A stretch of DNA of 35,030 nucleotides from Minisyncoccota bacterium (GTDB lineage: Bacteria; Patescibacteriota; Minisyncoccia; UBA6257; JAAZHW01). Positions 24,083 through 33,020 of the stretch are shown piece by piece; position 1 is the stretch's first letter, and every line of letters starts with the position of its first letter. The translations under genes were made by a program, and so were the position numbers. A model generated the notes under the pieces. That model was not told the DNA's origin, searched no databases, and saw only the letters and a list, made by a program, of their open reading frames with translations. The stretch covers positions 1-35,030 of the forward strand of contig JAQVHD010000002.1 in the NCBI GenBank assembly GCA_028696375.1, given 5' to 3'.

Positions 24083-24607
24083 TTATGACTGTTTTTTAGT
24101 AATTGCATCTAAAGCAATTACTAATTTCTGAATATTACCATTGAGAACTCCGACTAAAGTTCTTGGTAAGGAATTTAAAGTATATACTAACTGAGAAAGC
24201 AAAACTTCTTTTGATGGTAATTTGGCTAATTCTATAATATTATCAGCAGAAAAGAAATTCTTATTAATGAACCCTCCTAGAATCTTTAACTTTGGCTCCT
24301 TTTTTTCACTACTAAATTTATAAACAATTTTTGAAGCCATCAAACCTTCCTCCGGACTAAATATTAATGCTATCGACGCAGGAAAAGTAAATACGTTAAA
24401 ATCTATCCCCTCGCGAGAAAGCACTTTTTGAACGAGAGTTTTTTTGACCACCTTCAGTTCCATCCCATTGCTCTTTAATTCTCTTCTTAAATTTCTTAAA
24501 TCAGCAACTTTAAGGCCTGTAAAATCAACCATTAGTACCGCTGGATTTTTATTAATTTTATCCATCAAATCATTAAGAATTTTTTCTTTTTGAGCTCGAG
24601 TAAGCAT
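24083..24607 (-). CDS. rplJ: 50S ribosomal protein L10
   Basis: Immediately upstream of rplL; typical L10 N-terminus (KEKILNDLMDKINKNPAVLMVDFTGLKVADLRNLRRELK). Confidence 0.92.
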   Translation of the reverse strand: MLTRAQKEKILNDLMDKINKNPAVLMVDFTGLKVADLRNLRRELKSNGMELKVVKKTLVQKVLSREGIDFNVFTFPASIALIFSPEEGLMASKIVYKFSSEKKEPKLKILGGFINKNFFSADNIIELAKLPSKEVLLSQLVYTLNSLPRTLVGVLNGNIQKLVIALDAITKKQS

Positions 24608-24772
24608 AATTAAAATAAAAAAAGCGACTTATCGAAAGCCGCGGAATGAGTTTAGTTTACGCTTTTATTTTGCGCTTCACGGAATTTATATTTCGTTTCG
24701 CGCTTTACTGTTGCGTTCCCCCTGCCTCAACAGGTCTTATGTTTTTCATAACTGCCTGTTTTCTGCGGCTTT
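24608..24772 (-). ncRNA. Putative structured rplJ (L10) leader / autoregulatory element
   Basis: About 165 nt of 5' UTR, visibly more GC-rich than its surroundings. An 8-bp closing helix pairs AAAGCCGC (24635-24642) with GCGGCTTT (24765-24772), and there are internal hairpins such as CCTGcctcaaCAGG. It is in the expected position between the promoter and rplJ. Confidence 0.45.
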
Positions 24773-24778
24773 AATTAA

Positions 24779-24806
24779 AGTATAAAAAATAAAAACAGAA
24801 AGTCAA
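24779..24806 (-). promoter_or_regulatory. rplJL promoter TTGACT(24801-24806)-16 nt-TATACT(24779-24784)
   Basis: Reverse complement reads cTTGACTttctgtttttatttttTATACT. Confidence 0.6.
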
Positions 24807-24849
24807 GACAAAAAGCGACAAAAATTTTTCTAAAAAAGAAAAATGAGGA

Positions 24850-24884
24850 GTATGGCAGCGGTTTTAGGAAAACCGCTGCCATAC
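24850..24884. repeat. Perfect 16-bp inverted repeat with a 3-nt loop (GTATGGCAGCGGTTTT agg AAAACCGCTGCCATAC)
   Basis: Read directly. It lies in the divergent intergenic region between the rplJ promoter and the NlpC/P60 gene, and is not downstream of any gene. Confidence 0.75.
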
Positions 24885-24994
24885 CAGGCCATCACATTAA
24901 TCATTGATATGCTGATCATTATTAAACAAGATTCTATTTCAAAAGTATTATATTTGAGTTATAATTTTATTCAATTATAATAGCTCTAACTACT

Positions 24995-25507
24995 ATGAAA
25001 TGTAATTCGAAAGAATCACAAGTTGAAAAGCAACAAAAGAGATTGATATATTTTGCTTTAAAACAATTAGGCAAACCCTATAAATACGGTGCCAAAAAAC
25101 ATGAAATTGGAAAAGTTTTTGACTGTTCCAGTTTCACTCAGTATGCTTATCGCCGAATTGGTATTGAATTGCCTCGTTCTACTATTTTACAGGCAGAATA
25201 TGGTCAAATAATTCCTGCCCGAAAAAAACCACCCTTCTTTAAAAAAGAAGATCTCCAACCCGGCGATCTTCTCTTTTTTAAGGGCACAAAGGGTCACTTT
25301 AATAAAAAATTCCCTAATGGGATTGGTCATGCGATGATGTATTTAGGCAATGGTTTGTTTATTCACGCTTCTGGATCGGGTTCAAAGAAAAATCAAAAAG
25401 TTAAATTAGAAAAATTCGAAAAAGTAGTTAATCAAGAAGATTTCCAAGTTGCTAAAAGAATTATCGGGTCAAAAACAAAGGAACGCTCCAAATCAAAAGC
25501 GAGATAA
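24995..25507 (+). CDS. NlpC/P60 (C40) family peptidoglycan endopeptidase
   Basis: GKPYKYGAKK...FDCSSFTQYAYRRIGIELPR (catalytic Cys) and GHAMMYLGNGLFIHAS (His). Confidence 0.88.
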   Translation: MKCNSKESQVEKQQKRLIYFALKQLGKPYKYGAKKHEIGKVFDCSSFTQYAYRRIGIELPRSTILQAEYGQIIPARKKPPFFKKEDLQPGDLLFFKGTKGHFNKKFPNGIGHAMMYLGNGLFIHASGSGSKKNQKVKLEKFEKVVNQEDFQVAKRIIGSKTKERSKSKAR

Positions 25508-25514
25508 TAAAGAT

Positions 25515-25550
25515 AATAACCAGAATAAATGTTATTAGTTTTTTCTTTTT
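25515..25550 (+). terminator. Weak AT-rich hairpin (AATAAC-N10-GTTATT) followed by TTTTTTCTTTTT
   Basis: Located between the convergent NlpC/P60 and rpoD genes. The stem is only 6 bp. Confidence 0.35.
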
Positions 25551-25555
25551 CATAA

Positions 25556-26812
25556 TTAAAGTTCTTCTTCAAGAAGTTTTTTAACTTCAGGATTATTCTT
25601 TAATTTTTCGAGCGCCTTTTGTTCTATTTGACGAATCCTCTCTCGTGTAACATTAAATTCTTTGCCTACTTCCTCTAAAGTATGAATGACGCCATCTTCT
25701 AAGCCAAAACGCATTGATAAAATTTTCCTCTCTCGATCGCTTAAATCGACGAGGGTTTGCTTTAGTTGATCACGAATTAATTTTTGAGCGGCTGCTTGAC
25801 TAGGAGATAATGATTTTTCATCGGCTATAAATTCGCCGAGTAATGATTCTTCATCTGAATCGCCAACTGGAGTTTCTAATGAAACAGTATCTTGAGCAAT
25901 TTTTGTAAGATGATGGATTTTATCCACATCAACGCCCATCTCATTCGCAATTTCTTCCGGCAAAGGTTCTCGTCCGAGGTCCTGAGCCAATCGTCTTCTC
26001 GCTTGAGAATATTTGGAAAGAGTTTCTATCATATGGACTGGAATCCGAATAATTCGAGTTTGATCAGCTAAAGCGCGCGTGATGGCTTGACGAATCCACC
26101 ATGTAGCATAAGTAGAAAATTTGAATCCTTTTCGATAATCAAATTTTTCTACAGCGCGTGCCAAACCAATATTACCTTCTTGAATTAAATCCAGAAGGGT
26201 TAAGTTTTGACTGCGATTAGCATACTTCTTGGCTATAGCCACTACCAACCTTAAATTACTCTGAATTAATTGTTTCTTTGCCTCCTTGTCGCCTTCCATT
26301 GCTCGTTTGGCTAATTCCCGTTCTTGGGCCGGCGTTAGTAATGGGACCTTCCCTATTTCCCGCAGATAATTTTGTACGGCATCGGACATTTCATAATTAA
26401 ATGAATCGTCCTTGAGCGCTTGTTTCAAATCACGTACTGTTACTCTATCTTCCGGCAATTCTAATAAATCCTTACTTTCGACAACCTCGATGTTTGATTT
26501 TTCACAAAGATCATAAATTTCCTCCAGAAGAGAAATATCATTCTCTACCTGAGGAAAGATTGTTAAAATTTCGGCTTCAGTAATAAAACCACGTTCCCCG
26601 CCTTTTTTAATTAAATTTTGTAATTTTTCTTCTTTAAGCGAGAGGTGTTTTTTCTTCTCGATCTTAGCACTGCTCTTCTTTCCTTTTGGCAACTTAACAG
26701 ATTTTTTAATTTTTGTTCGCCTCTTTTTTGTTGTTGATGTTGCTTTGTTCTTTTTTTTCAAAGATTTTTTTTCAACTTTTTTATTCTTTTTATTTGCTTT
26801 ATTTTTGGGCAT
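25556..26812 (-). CDS. rpoD: Primary RNA polymerase sigma factor (sigma70/RpoD) with a highly basic N-terminal tail
   Basis: Regions 1.2-4.2 are recognisable: [81 protein letters not shown]. Confidence 0.95.
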   Translation of the reverse strand: MPKNKANKKNKKVEKKSLKKKNKATSTTKKRRTKIKKSVKLPKGKKSSAKIEKKKHLSLKEEKLQNLIKKGGERGFITEAEILTIFPQVENDISLLEEIYDLCEKSNIEVVESKDLLELPEDRVTVRDLKQALKDDSFNYEMSDAVQNYLREIGKVPLLTPAQERELAKRAMEGDKEAKKQLIQSNLRLVVAIAKKYANRSQNLTLLDLIQEGNIGLARAVEKFDYRKGFKFSTYATWWIRQAITRALADQTRIIRIPVHMIETLSKYSQARRRLAQDLGREPLPEEIANEMGVDVDKIHHLTKIAQDTVSLETPVGDSDEESLLGEFIADEKSLSPSQAAAQKLIRDQLKQTLVDLSDRERKILSMRFGLEDGVIHTLEEVGKEFNVTRERIRQIEQKALEKLKNNPEVKKLLEEEL

Positions 26813-26829
26813 ACTTTTTAATAAAAATT

Positions 26830-28575
26830 TTAGGAAATTTCCTTTAATATATTCTGCAACTCCTTTAAATATTGATCGATGGCTTCGGCATCATTTTTTT
26901 GCTCTGCCTCTTTAAGCCGCGCTGTTTTTTCAGAAATAGTTTGGCGGAAAAATTCTTTTTTTAATTCTAAAGTAATCTTTCGAAATTCCAAATCCCAATT
27001 GATATCTCCATCAGCAAATTCATAGTCAGCTAGTAACTTAAGATAAGCAATACTTCCCCACACATTATCACTTAAACCACGAGCGTTTTTGTTCTCTTCA
27101 TTCAAAAGACCGTCTCTAACTAACTTTCGGTATTCTTCCGCAAGAAAATCAGTAATAGCTGCTAACTGCTCTTTTTCAACCTGCATTTTTAATGCTAACG
27201 CTAAAGCTCTTTCGCTCAATAATTCTCTTCTTGTTTTACGACTATTAAACATTGTGGTGGTTGAAATATTGTCTTCCAATGTTTCTTTAATCTCCCTTTC
27301 TTCAAGAGATTTTTTAATTTTTTCTAAATCTTCTTCCAAGAAATCCTCTCTTACTTGAAAATCTTCTGCAATTCTTTTAAGCCATTCGCCTTTTTCAATT
27401 GGATTATCAATCCACGCAATCTTTGAAAGCAAAAACTCTATCGCTTTTCTTTTACCATTGATATCATTCAGGTCAAATTGAGTCCGAGCCTTCCGATAAT
27501 AATACTCTCCTGCTTCTTCTGCTTTCTCGATAATTTGGGATACCTGATCCTTATGAAGCAAGGCAAAGTCAGCTAAATCTTTGCCTTCGAGTAAACTAAT
27601 TATAGAAACGTGAAAATCTAAAGATCGGGCTAGATCAATAGCTCTTTCTGCCGCTAAGCGACCGGCCTCATCCATATCATAACCGACAATTAAATTTTTG
27701 GTTATCCGACCAAGTGCCCGTAATTGATCTTCGGTTAAAGCAGTGCCTGAAGTAGCAACTATATACTTTATACCGCTTTGCCAACCCATTAAGAAATCCA
27801 TTTGCCCCTCTACCAGCAGTACTCGATCAGCTTCTCTAATATCTTTTTTGGTTTTTGAAAAGCCGTATAAAATCCGTCCTTTACTAAAAATAGGATTTTC
27901 AGGAGAGTTTAAGTATTTGGGCTCATTCTTTTCTTCGCCAAAGATTCTTCCGGTAAAAGCAACAATGCGATCTTGATGATTGAAAATGGGGAAAATTATT
28001 CTATTTCGAAAACGATCAAAATAAGAATTGGGTTGCTGCTCTGATTTGATAACAAGACCTGAGGTTAAAATATCTTCTATTTTAAAACCATTGTTAATAA
28101 GAAAACGCAAAAGAGCATCATGCTGATTCGGAGCAAAACCTATTTGCCATTTTTTTATTGTCTCTTCATTTAAGCCTCGATTCTTTAGATAAAGATTAAC
28201 CGCAGCATTGTTTTCTAATTGCAATTCGAAAAATTCCGCAGCCTTTTCATGAATCTCATAGAGTTTACCTATTTGATTTTTCAAGACAGGATTTTCCTTG
28301 GTCAATTCCACACCCGCTTTCTTCGCTAAAATTCTCAGCGCTTCTCCGAAATCAACATTTTCATATTCCATAATAAATCTGAAAATATCTCCTCCACGAT
28401 TACAACCAAAACAATGCCAGATTTGACGTTCAGGCGAAACCATAAAGGATGGGGTTTTTTCTTTATGAAAGGGGCAAAGGGCTCGAAAATTAGATCCGGC
28501 TTTTGTAAGTTTTACATATTCGCCGATCACCTCAACAATGTCTAATTTTTCCTTAATTTCATCAACGACTCCCAT
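26830..28575 (-). CDS. dnaG: DNA primase
   Basis: Zinc finger [25 protein letters not shown] and a TOPRIM region ([10 protein letters not shown]...GYDMDEAG). Confidence 0.93.
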   Translation of the reverse strand: MGVVDEIKEKLDIVEVIGEYVKLTKAGSNFRALCPFHKEKTPSFMVSPERQIWHCFGCNRGGDIFRFIMEYENVDFGEALRILAKKAGVELTKENPVLKNQIGKLYEIHEKAAEFFELQLENNAAVNLYLKNRGLNEETIKKWQIGFAPNQHDALLRFLINNGFKIEDILTSGLVIKSEQQPNSYFDRFRNRIIFPIFNHQDRIVAFTGRIFGEEKNEPKYLNSPENPIFSKGRILYGFSKTKKDIREADRVLLVEGQMDFLMGWQSGIKYIVATSGTALTEDQLRALGRITKNLIVGYDMDEAGRLAAERAIDLARSLDFHVSIISLLEGKDLADFALLHKDQVSQIIEKAEEAGEYYYRKARTQFDLNDINGKRKAIEFLLSKIAWIDNPIEKGEWLKRIAEDFQVREDFLEEDLEKIKKSLEEREIKETLEDNISTTTMFNSRKTRRELLSERALALALKMQVEKEQLAAITDFLAEEYRKLVRDGLLNEENKNARGLSDNVWGSIAYLKLLADYEFADGDINWDLEFRKITLELKKEFFRQTISEKTARLKEAEQKNDAEAIDQYLKELQNILKEIS

Positions 28576-28587
28576 ATTTGATATATT

Positions 28588-28616
28588 ATTATAACCCTTT
28601 TAAAATGATTTTTCAA
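28588..28616 (-). promoter_or_regulatory. Promoter TTGAAA(28611-28616)-17 nt-TATAAT(28588-28593); dnaG ATG lies 12 nt after the -10
   Basis: Reverse complement reads TTGAAAaatcattttaaaagggtTATAATaatatatcaaatATG; no SD. Confidence 0.5.
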
Positions 28617-28689
28617 ACAAAATAAACCTTTCTTTGTAACCTTGTAAATAAAAGGCTTCGCATCATACCCCAATCTCTTTTAGTTTCAT

Positions 28690-30792
28690 TTAGATAGAAG
28701 GGTTTAACTTCGCTTTTAATCGTTTCAAAATTTCTTCATCGTCCAAGGCTTCCTCCTTATTTTCTGATAATCCAGAATGAGGTAGTGGAGAGTTTTCTTG
28801 AACTGAAGAAGAAAGTGTTTGAATGCCTTGGGGACTTCCCAGATTTATAACTGAGTGATCGAGAGAGGGAGATTCAGCAACTGGTGATAGTGGTGCATTA
28901 TTATTCTCCTTTTTCTCCACTTCATTTTGATTATCAGAGGAAGTAGCTATCACATTAGCAGAAAGGGCTGCAGTTTCTTCGGTAGGCGCTGTGCGATATT
29001 TGGCTAATAGTTTTTTTCCTGCGTATAACCACAACAACCAGAAGAGGAGTAAAATATTAAATAGAAGAGAAATCCAATACCAGGGAATATGAATGTTTTT
29101 AATTCTATCAGCGAGTGCTGCTAGAGTATAGAAATTGTTCAAATCTTGCACCGGTTCGGTAATACAAGTTGGATTAAACCAGGCAATAAAACCAGGTGAT
29201 GGGGTGGCTGTTGTAGAAATCCCCAAAACTTTTTTCTCACTTAAACCAACAATGCCAAAATAGCCAAAGCGTACTATTTGTGCTGATACAGAATTTAGTG
29301 AAGGATTCCGATAAGTTGTCAGTAAACTCCAATTAGTTGGCGTCAGTTGAGCATATGAGATACGCAATGAATTTTCATCAAAGCCCCTGATTTCATTATC
29401 AAAATAATTCATCGTCAATGTGGCTAAGTTTTCTAATTCAACTGGATTACAATTATTGTCTTCTGCCGCTATATGAACGATTTTTTGGCCACTAAATCTA
29501 TAATTACCTACTTGAGTAGCGGGATTAACTAAACTGCTTAATTGATGAGTAGATATATTAATTCTAATATCTTTGGGATATGAATTAGCCAAAACAGCCA
29601 AACGGACATTAAATCCGTCAGACATGCCTAAAAAGCAACTACCTCCTGCCAAACCATTAATCCAGCAGGTTGTTTCTGCTAAAGCTGATTCAAAGTGGGT
29701 AAAAGCACAAGTGGACGTACCCAAAACTGTGGGCGTTGGAGTTCCTCCACCTAACCAATAACCCCCTCCTCCACCTCCACCACGATATGGAGTTGGCGTA
29801 GGTGTAGGAGTTGGAGTTTCTGTTGGTGTAGGCGTTTCTGTTGGCGTCGGCGTTGGTGTTACTCCCCCTGACACAATTTCTAGATTAGCTGAAGCATAGG
29901 CTACCTTAATCCAATTTTCACCACAAATTGTTTTATCTTGCACATACACCTCAACTTGAATTTCTTTCGTTCCTGTAGTATTAAATTGCGTTGTCCAACT
30001 TCCGTTCAATTTTTTATTATTCACAGCGCTTACTGCTCCCGCCCATCTCCACTCACAAGAAGCGCTTGGAGAATTACACTCGGGAATGTTATCAGTAGAA
30101 ATAATAACATCAGAATTGATTAAGGCCGGATTAGAAGAGAAATTTATTTTGGTTTCATGAGGAACAGAAGGGCAGGTTGGTGTAGGGGTTGGAGTTTGTG
30201 TAGGCGTTGGGGTGGGAGTTTGAGTGGGGGTGGGTGTTGCTGTGACAGTCGGAGTTGGAGTAGGCGTCGGTGTATTCGTAGGGGTAGGTGTCAAAGTAGG
30301 TGTAGGAGTGGAAGTAGGAGTAGGAGTAGGAGTAGGAGTAGAGGTAGCATCATAAACATTAAATGATGTGCAACCCGAAGCAACCTTAATCCACCGATCA
30401 CCACAAATAGTCGCATCTTTAGCATAGACCTCGACTTTGATAGTCTTAGTACCGATAGTGGAAAAGCTTGTCGTCCATTCACCCGTAAGTTTATTGGTGG
30501 TATTGCTCGACACTGCTCCCGACCATCTCCATTCACAAGAAGTACTAGGAGAATTACACTCGGGAATCATATCAGTTTTAATTCTTATTGTCTGATTAAC
30601 GAATGCAGGGTTCGGAGAAACATAAATAGAAGTAGGGTGAGCATTAAAAGGGCATGTGGTATCGGCAGATTGAACAATCGCCGCTAGAAAGTGGTTAAAG
30701 GAAATATGCAAATTCCCCCCAATTTCAATTGAGAAAACTATAATTCCGATTAATCCAATAATTAAAATAATAGAATGTGGGGCTTTTTTCAT
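28690..30792 (-). CDS. 700-aa membrane-anchored surface protein with two paralogous Cys-containing beta-type modules, Pro-Thr linkers, a poly-Gly tract, a C-terminal TM helix and a cytoplasmic tail
   Basis: N-terminal signal/anchor IILIIGLIGIIVFSI; modules at aa 47-146 and 207-306; TPTPTP linkers; GGGGGGG; TM helix WYWISLLFNILLLFWLLWLYAG. No family recognised (PKD/Ig-like is a guess). Confidence 0.75.
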   Translation of the reverse strand: MKKAPHSIILIIGLIGIIVFSIEIGGNLHISFNHFLAAIVQSADTTCPFNAHPTSIYVSPNPAFVNQTIRIKTDMIPECNSPSTSCEWRWSGAVSSNTTNKLTGEWTTSFSTIGTKTIKVEVYAKDATICGDRWIKVASGCTSFNVYDATSTPTPTPTPTSTPTPTLTPTPTNTPTPTPTPTVTATPTPTQTPTPTPTQTPTPTPTCPSVPHETKINFSSNPALINSDVIISTDNIPECNSPSASCEWRWAGAVSAVNNKKLNGSWTTQFNTTGTKEIQVEVYVQDKTICGENWIKVAYASANLEIVSGGVTPTPTPTETPTPTETPTPTPTPTPYRGGGGGGGYWLGGGTPTPTVLGTSTCAFTHFESALAETTCWINGLAGGSCFLGMSDGFNVRLAVLANSYPKDIRINISTHQLSSLVNPATQVGNYRFSGQKIVHIAAEDNNCNPVELENLATLTMNYFDNEIRGFDENSLRISYAQLTPTNWSLLTTYRNPSLNSVSAQIVRFGYFGIVGLSEKKVLGISTTATPSPGFIAWFNPTCITEPVQDLNNFYTLAALADRIKNIHIPWYWISLLFNILLLFWLLWLYAGKKLLAKYRTAPTEETAALSANVIATSSDNQNEVEKKENNNAPLSPVAESPSLDHSVINLGSPQGIQTLSSSVQENSPLPHSGLSENKEEALDDEEILKRLKAKLNPSI
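29728..29862 (-). repeat. Pro-Thr linker 2 plus a Gly7 tract
   Basis: aa 311-355, TPTPTPTETPTPTETPTPTPTPTPYRGGGGGGGYWLGGGTPTPT. Confidence 0.9.
29875..30174 (-). repeat. Module copy 2 of the internal duplication (aa 207-306)
   Basis: CPSVPHETKINFSSNPALINS...IPECNSPSASCEWRWAGAVS...GTKEIQVEVYVQDKTICGENWIKVA; offset exactly 480 nt from copy 1. Confidence 0.85.
30175..30345 (-). repeat. Pro-Thr linker 1: low-complexity (ACNCCN)n repeat, locally GC-rich
   Basis: aa 150-206, TPTPTPTPTSTPTPTLTPTPTNTP...; DNA includes a ggagtaggagtaggagtaggagta run. Confidence 0.9.
30355..30654 (-). repeat. Module copy 1 of the internal duplication (aa 47-146)
   Basis: CPFNAHPTSIYVSPNPAFVNQ...IPECNSPSTSCEWRWSGAVS...GTKTIKVEVYAKDATICGDRWIKVA, compared with copy 2. 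They share a 20-nt identical DNA block, ggagaattacactcgggaat, at 30548-30567 and 30068-30087. Confidence 0.85.
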
Positions 30793-30839
30793 AAATTAAA
30801 AAAGAAGTAAAAAATACCACCGAAAATTCTGTTGGTTAT

Positions 30840-30867
30840 ATTATATTTATTTTTTAAAAATTGTCAA
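30840..30867 (-). promoter_or_regulatory. Promoter TTGACA(30862-30867)-16 nt-TATAAT(30840-30845) for the surface-protein gene
   Basis: Reverse complement reads TTGACAatttttaaaaaataaaTATAAT, followed by a leader of about 45 nt without an SD. Confidence 0.5.
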
Positions 30868-31024
30868 TGGCTGCTTGGCAAACGCCTGTATTAATCAAAA
30901 ATGATGAAAATAGAAGAGTAAATCTATGATAAAAAGGTGGTAAAAATATCGGGATGCAAAAATCTTACCTTTACACACAATGACAGTGCCCTATCTTTAA
31001 AAATTAGTCATTTTCTTCAAATTG

Positions 31025-32023
31025 TTACACTTCTTTCTTGAGAGCTAAATCTATAATTTTCAAAATCAAATTTTCGTAGGAGATTCCCGCTGTTTTTGCT
31101 TCACGCGCCAATCCCCCATCTTCGGAGATATCAGGATTGGGATTTAATTCTAAGACATAAATTTTATTTTCTTTTTCATCGTAACGAATATCCAAACGCG
31201 CATATCCCTGACAGCCGAAAATTTTATAACATTTTTTCGAGATCTCCTCTAAATCTTTTTGCAATTTTTCATCGATGTTTGCTGGACAGACAACTGGCGT
31301 TTTTTTGAAAGCAATACTTTGTTTAACCCACTTAGCTCGATAACTTACCACCCGCGGAATATTAGGGGGCAATTCGCTAAAATCAATTTCGGCAATAGGT
31401 AAAACGGTTAATTTTTTGTTACCAATAATACCCGCGTTGAATTCTCGGCCATCGATAAATTCTTCTACCAACGCCTCTTGCTGATAAATATCAAGGATGT
31501 GTTCGATTTGCTCTTTGAGCTCCTCGTCATTTTTAACAACCGACCGCTCTTTAATCCCAACGCTCCCATCCTCTCTAATTGGCTTAACAATTAGAGGAAA
31601 TTTTAACTCGGGATTCAGTTTTCTATTAGAATTATTAAAAACTTGCCATCTTGGTGTTAAAATACCATTGTATGTTAAAATTTCTTTGGCTCGTGCTTTA
31701 TTTTGGCAAAGCGCTAAAGTGAAATAGTTATTCCCGGTATAGGGAATTTTTAATATATCAAATAATGCCGCTACATGAGGTTCCAGTCGTGGATCATCAT
31801 AAAAACCATCATCAGCCAGATTAAAAATAACATCTGGCTTTTTAGATTTAAGATTTTCGTATAAATCAATATCTACTTCTAATGTTTTTACCTCGTGTCC
31901 GCGCTCGCTCAAAATTTTTTTTATAGCCAAGACATCATCGAGATTGCCTCGACCGTAAGTATCAACTTGATTAATATTATTTTCGAAATTGTTGATATTC
32001 CTAGTAACAATAGTAATTTTCAT
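31025..32023 (-). CDS. ddl: D-alanine--D-alanine ligase family ATP-grasp protein
   Basis: ATP-grasp blocks: KARAKEIL, FPLIVKPIREDGSVGI, EEFIDGREF, GYARLDIRYDEKENKIYVLELNPNPDIS. The N-terminal domain lacks the usual GGxSxExxVS motif. It shares an operon with alr. Confidence 0.7.
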   Translation of the reverse strand: MKITIVTRNINNFENNINQVDTYGRGNLDDVLAIKKILSERGHEVKTLEVDIDLYENLKSKKPDVIFNLADDGFYDDPRLEPHVAALFDILKIPYTGNNYFTLALCQNKARAKEILTYNGILTPRWQVFNNSNRKLNPELKFPLIVKPIREDGSVGIKERSVVKNDEELKEQIEHILDIYQQEALVEEFIDGREFNAGIIGNKKLTVLPIAEIDFSELPPNIPRVVSYRAKWVKQSIAFKKTPVVCPANIDEKLQKDLEEISKKCYKIFGCQGYARLDIRYDEKENKIYVLELNPNPDISEDGGLAREAKTAGISYENLILKIIDLALKKEV

Positions 32024-32664
32024 AAAGATATTTTTAATTTGTTTTTATAATACAAAACTATTATAGCATGGATTTTTTGATAAAAGAAAATATTACGTGG
32101 AATTTTTTTCATAAAATATTGCTGTAATTCTGAATAACTCATTTCGGCATTGGTAATTTGAAATTCTTCAACAAACCGTCTCGTATAAGCATCAATAACA
32201 AAAACCAAACGATTAAAGGCATAGAGTAAAATGGAATCAGCGGTTTCCGGTCCCACTCCTTTAATTTTAAGTAATTGATTTCTCAAAGAGGATGTTGGAA
32301 TTTTTTCACAATTTTTAATGCCACCATTTTGAACAACAAATCGAGCCACATTTTTGAGATAAGTTGCTTTAATTTGATAAAAACCTGCTGGCTTAATTAA
32401 AAATTTTAATTGCCTCAGCGATAGCTTGTCGATGGCGTCTAATGAATCCCGCCGAGCATTTTTAAGATTGTTCATGGCTCGTTCCACATTATTCCAATTT
32501 GTTTGCTGGGTCAAAATTGACTCAATAATCACCTCTTCTTTCTCTCTTAATGTTTTCCTCCGCTTACACCATAACCGCCATTGGGAATCTTCTATTTTAA
32601 TATTCTTAAGAGCGCGATAATAAAAATTTAAAATTTTATCTAACAAGTTGTATGAATTAGACAA
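32020..32664 (-). CDS. HhH-GPD superfamily DNA glycosylase (endonuclease III-related, no Fe-S loop)
   Basis: ILTQQTNWNNVERA, HhH-GPD motif LKIKGVGPETADSILLYAF, catalytic Asp context VIDAYTRRF, and no C-terminal Cys cluster. Confidence 0.8.
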   Translation of the reverse strand: MSNSYNLLDKILNFYYRALKNIKIEDSQWRLWCKRRKTLREKEEVIIESILTQQTNWNNVERAMNNLKNARRDSLDAIDKLSLRQLKFLIKPAGFYQIKATYLKNVARFVVQNGGIKNCEKIPTSSLRNQLLKIKGVGPETADSILLYAFNRLVFVIDAYTRRFVEEFQITNAEMSYSELQQYFMKKIPRNIFFYQKIHAIIVLYYKNKLKISL

Positions 32665-33020
32665 TTAACTTTTTTCCCTTCTTCGACCATTTGATTATAG
32701 ACATTCACAGCATCAGGCGTACGTTTTATGATTATCTCAATGCCTCTTTTTTTAACTTCATTGATTAAATCATTATTAACGCGCAAAACGCCATCGAATC
32801 CGTTTCCTATAACAATCACCTCGGGCTTTCCAGCCAAAAGCGCTTCCTTTTCCCATTCTCCGATAAAGTGGGAAGAATGAAAAGCTTCTTCTAATTTTTC
32901 TTCGTCCCGCTCAGAGACTTGATTGTCAGAAATCACTATCTGATAAAATTTTTTACCATTCACAATAATTTCGCCAAATTCGCAGTGATCAATTTTAATT
33001 TTATTTTTGTTTTTTAACAT
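32640..33020 (-). CDS. Mth938-like (DUF498) domain protein
   Basis: FGEIIVNGKKFY...PEVIVIGNGFDGVLRV...IIIKRTPDAVNVYNQMVEEGKKVNCLIHTTC matches the Mth938-family pattern as I remember it. Confidence 0.7.
   Translation of the reverse strand: MLKNKNKIKIDHCEFGEIIVNGKKFYQIVISDNQVSERDEEKLEEAFHSSHFIGEWEKEALLAGKPEVIVIGNGFDGVLRVNNDLINEVKKRGIEIIIKRTPDAVNVYNQMVEEGKKVNCLIHTTC

Noticed and set aside
24843-24980. A 45-aa ORF (MRSMAAVLGKPLPYQAITLIIDMLIII...) spanning the 16-bp palindrome
   Set aside because: Its first third is simply the palindrome read as codons. It has no properly spaced SD or promoter geometry, and its 3' end overlaps the NlpC/P60 promoter region. The DNA/RNA structure is the more likely signal.
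30157-30536. Track ORFs antisense to, or out of frame with, the surface-protein gene (30157-30366 plus strand, Arg/Ser/Cys-rich; 30291-30536 minus strand, poly-Leu)
   Set aside because: These are artefacts of reading the (ACNCCN)n Pro-Thr repeat in other frames or on the other strand. They have low-complexity products and no start signals.
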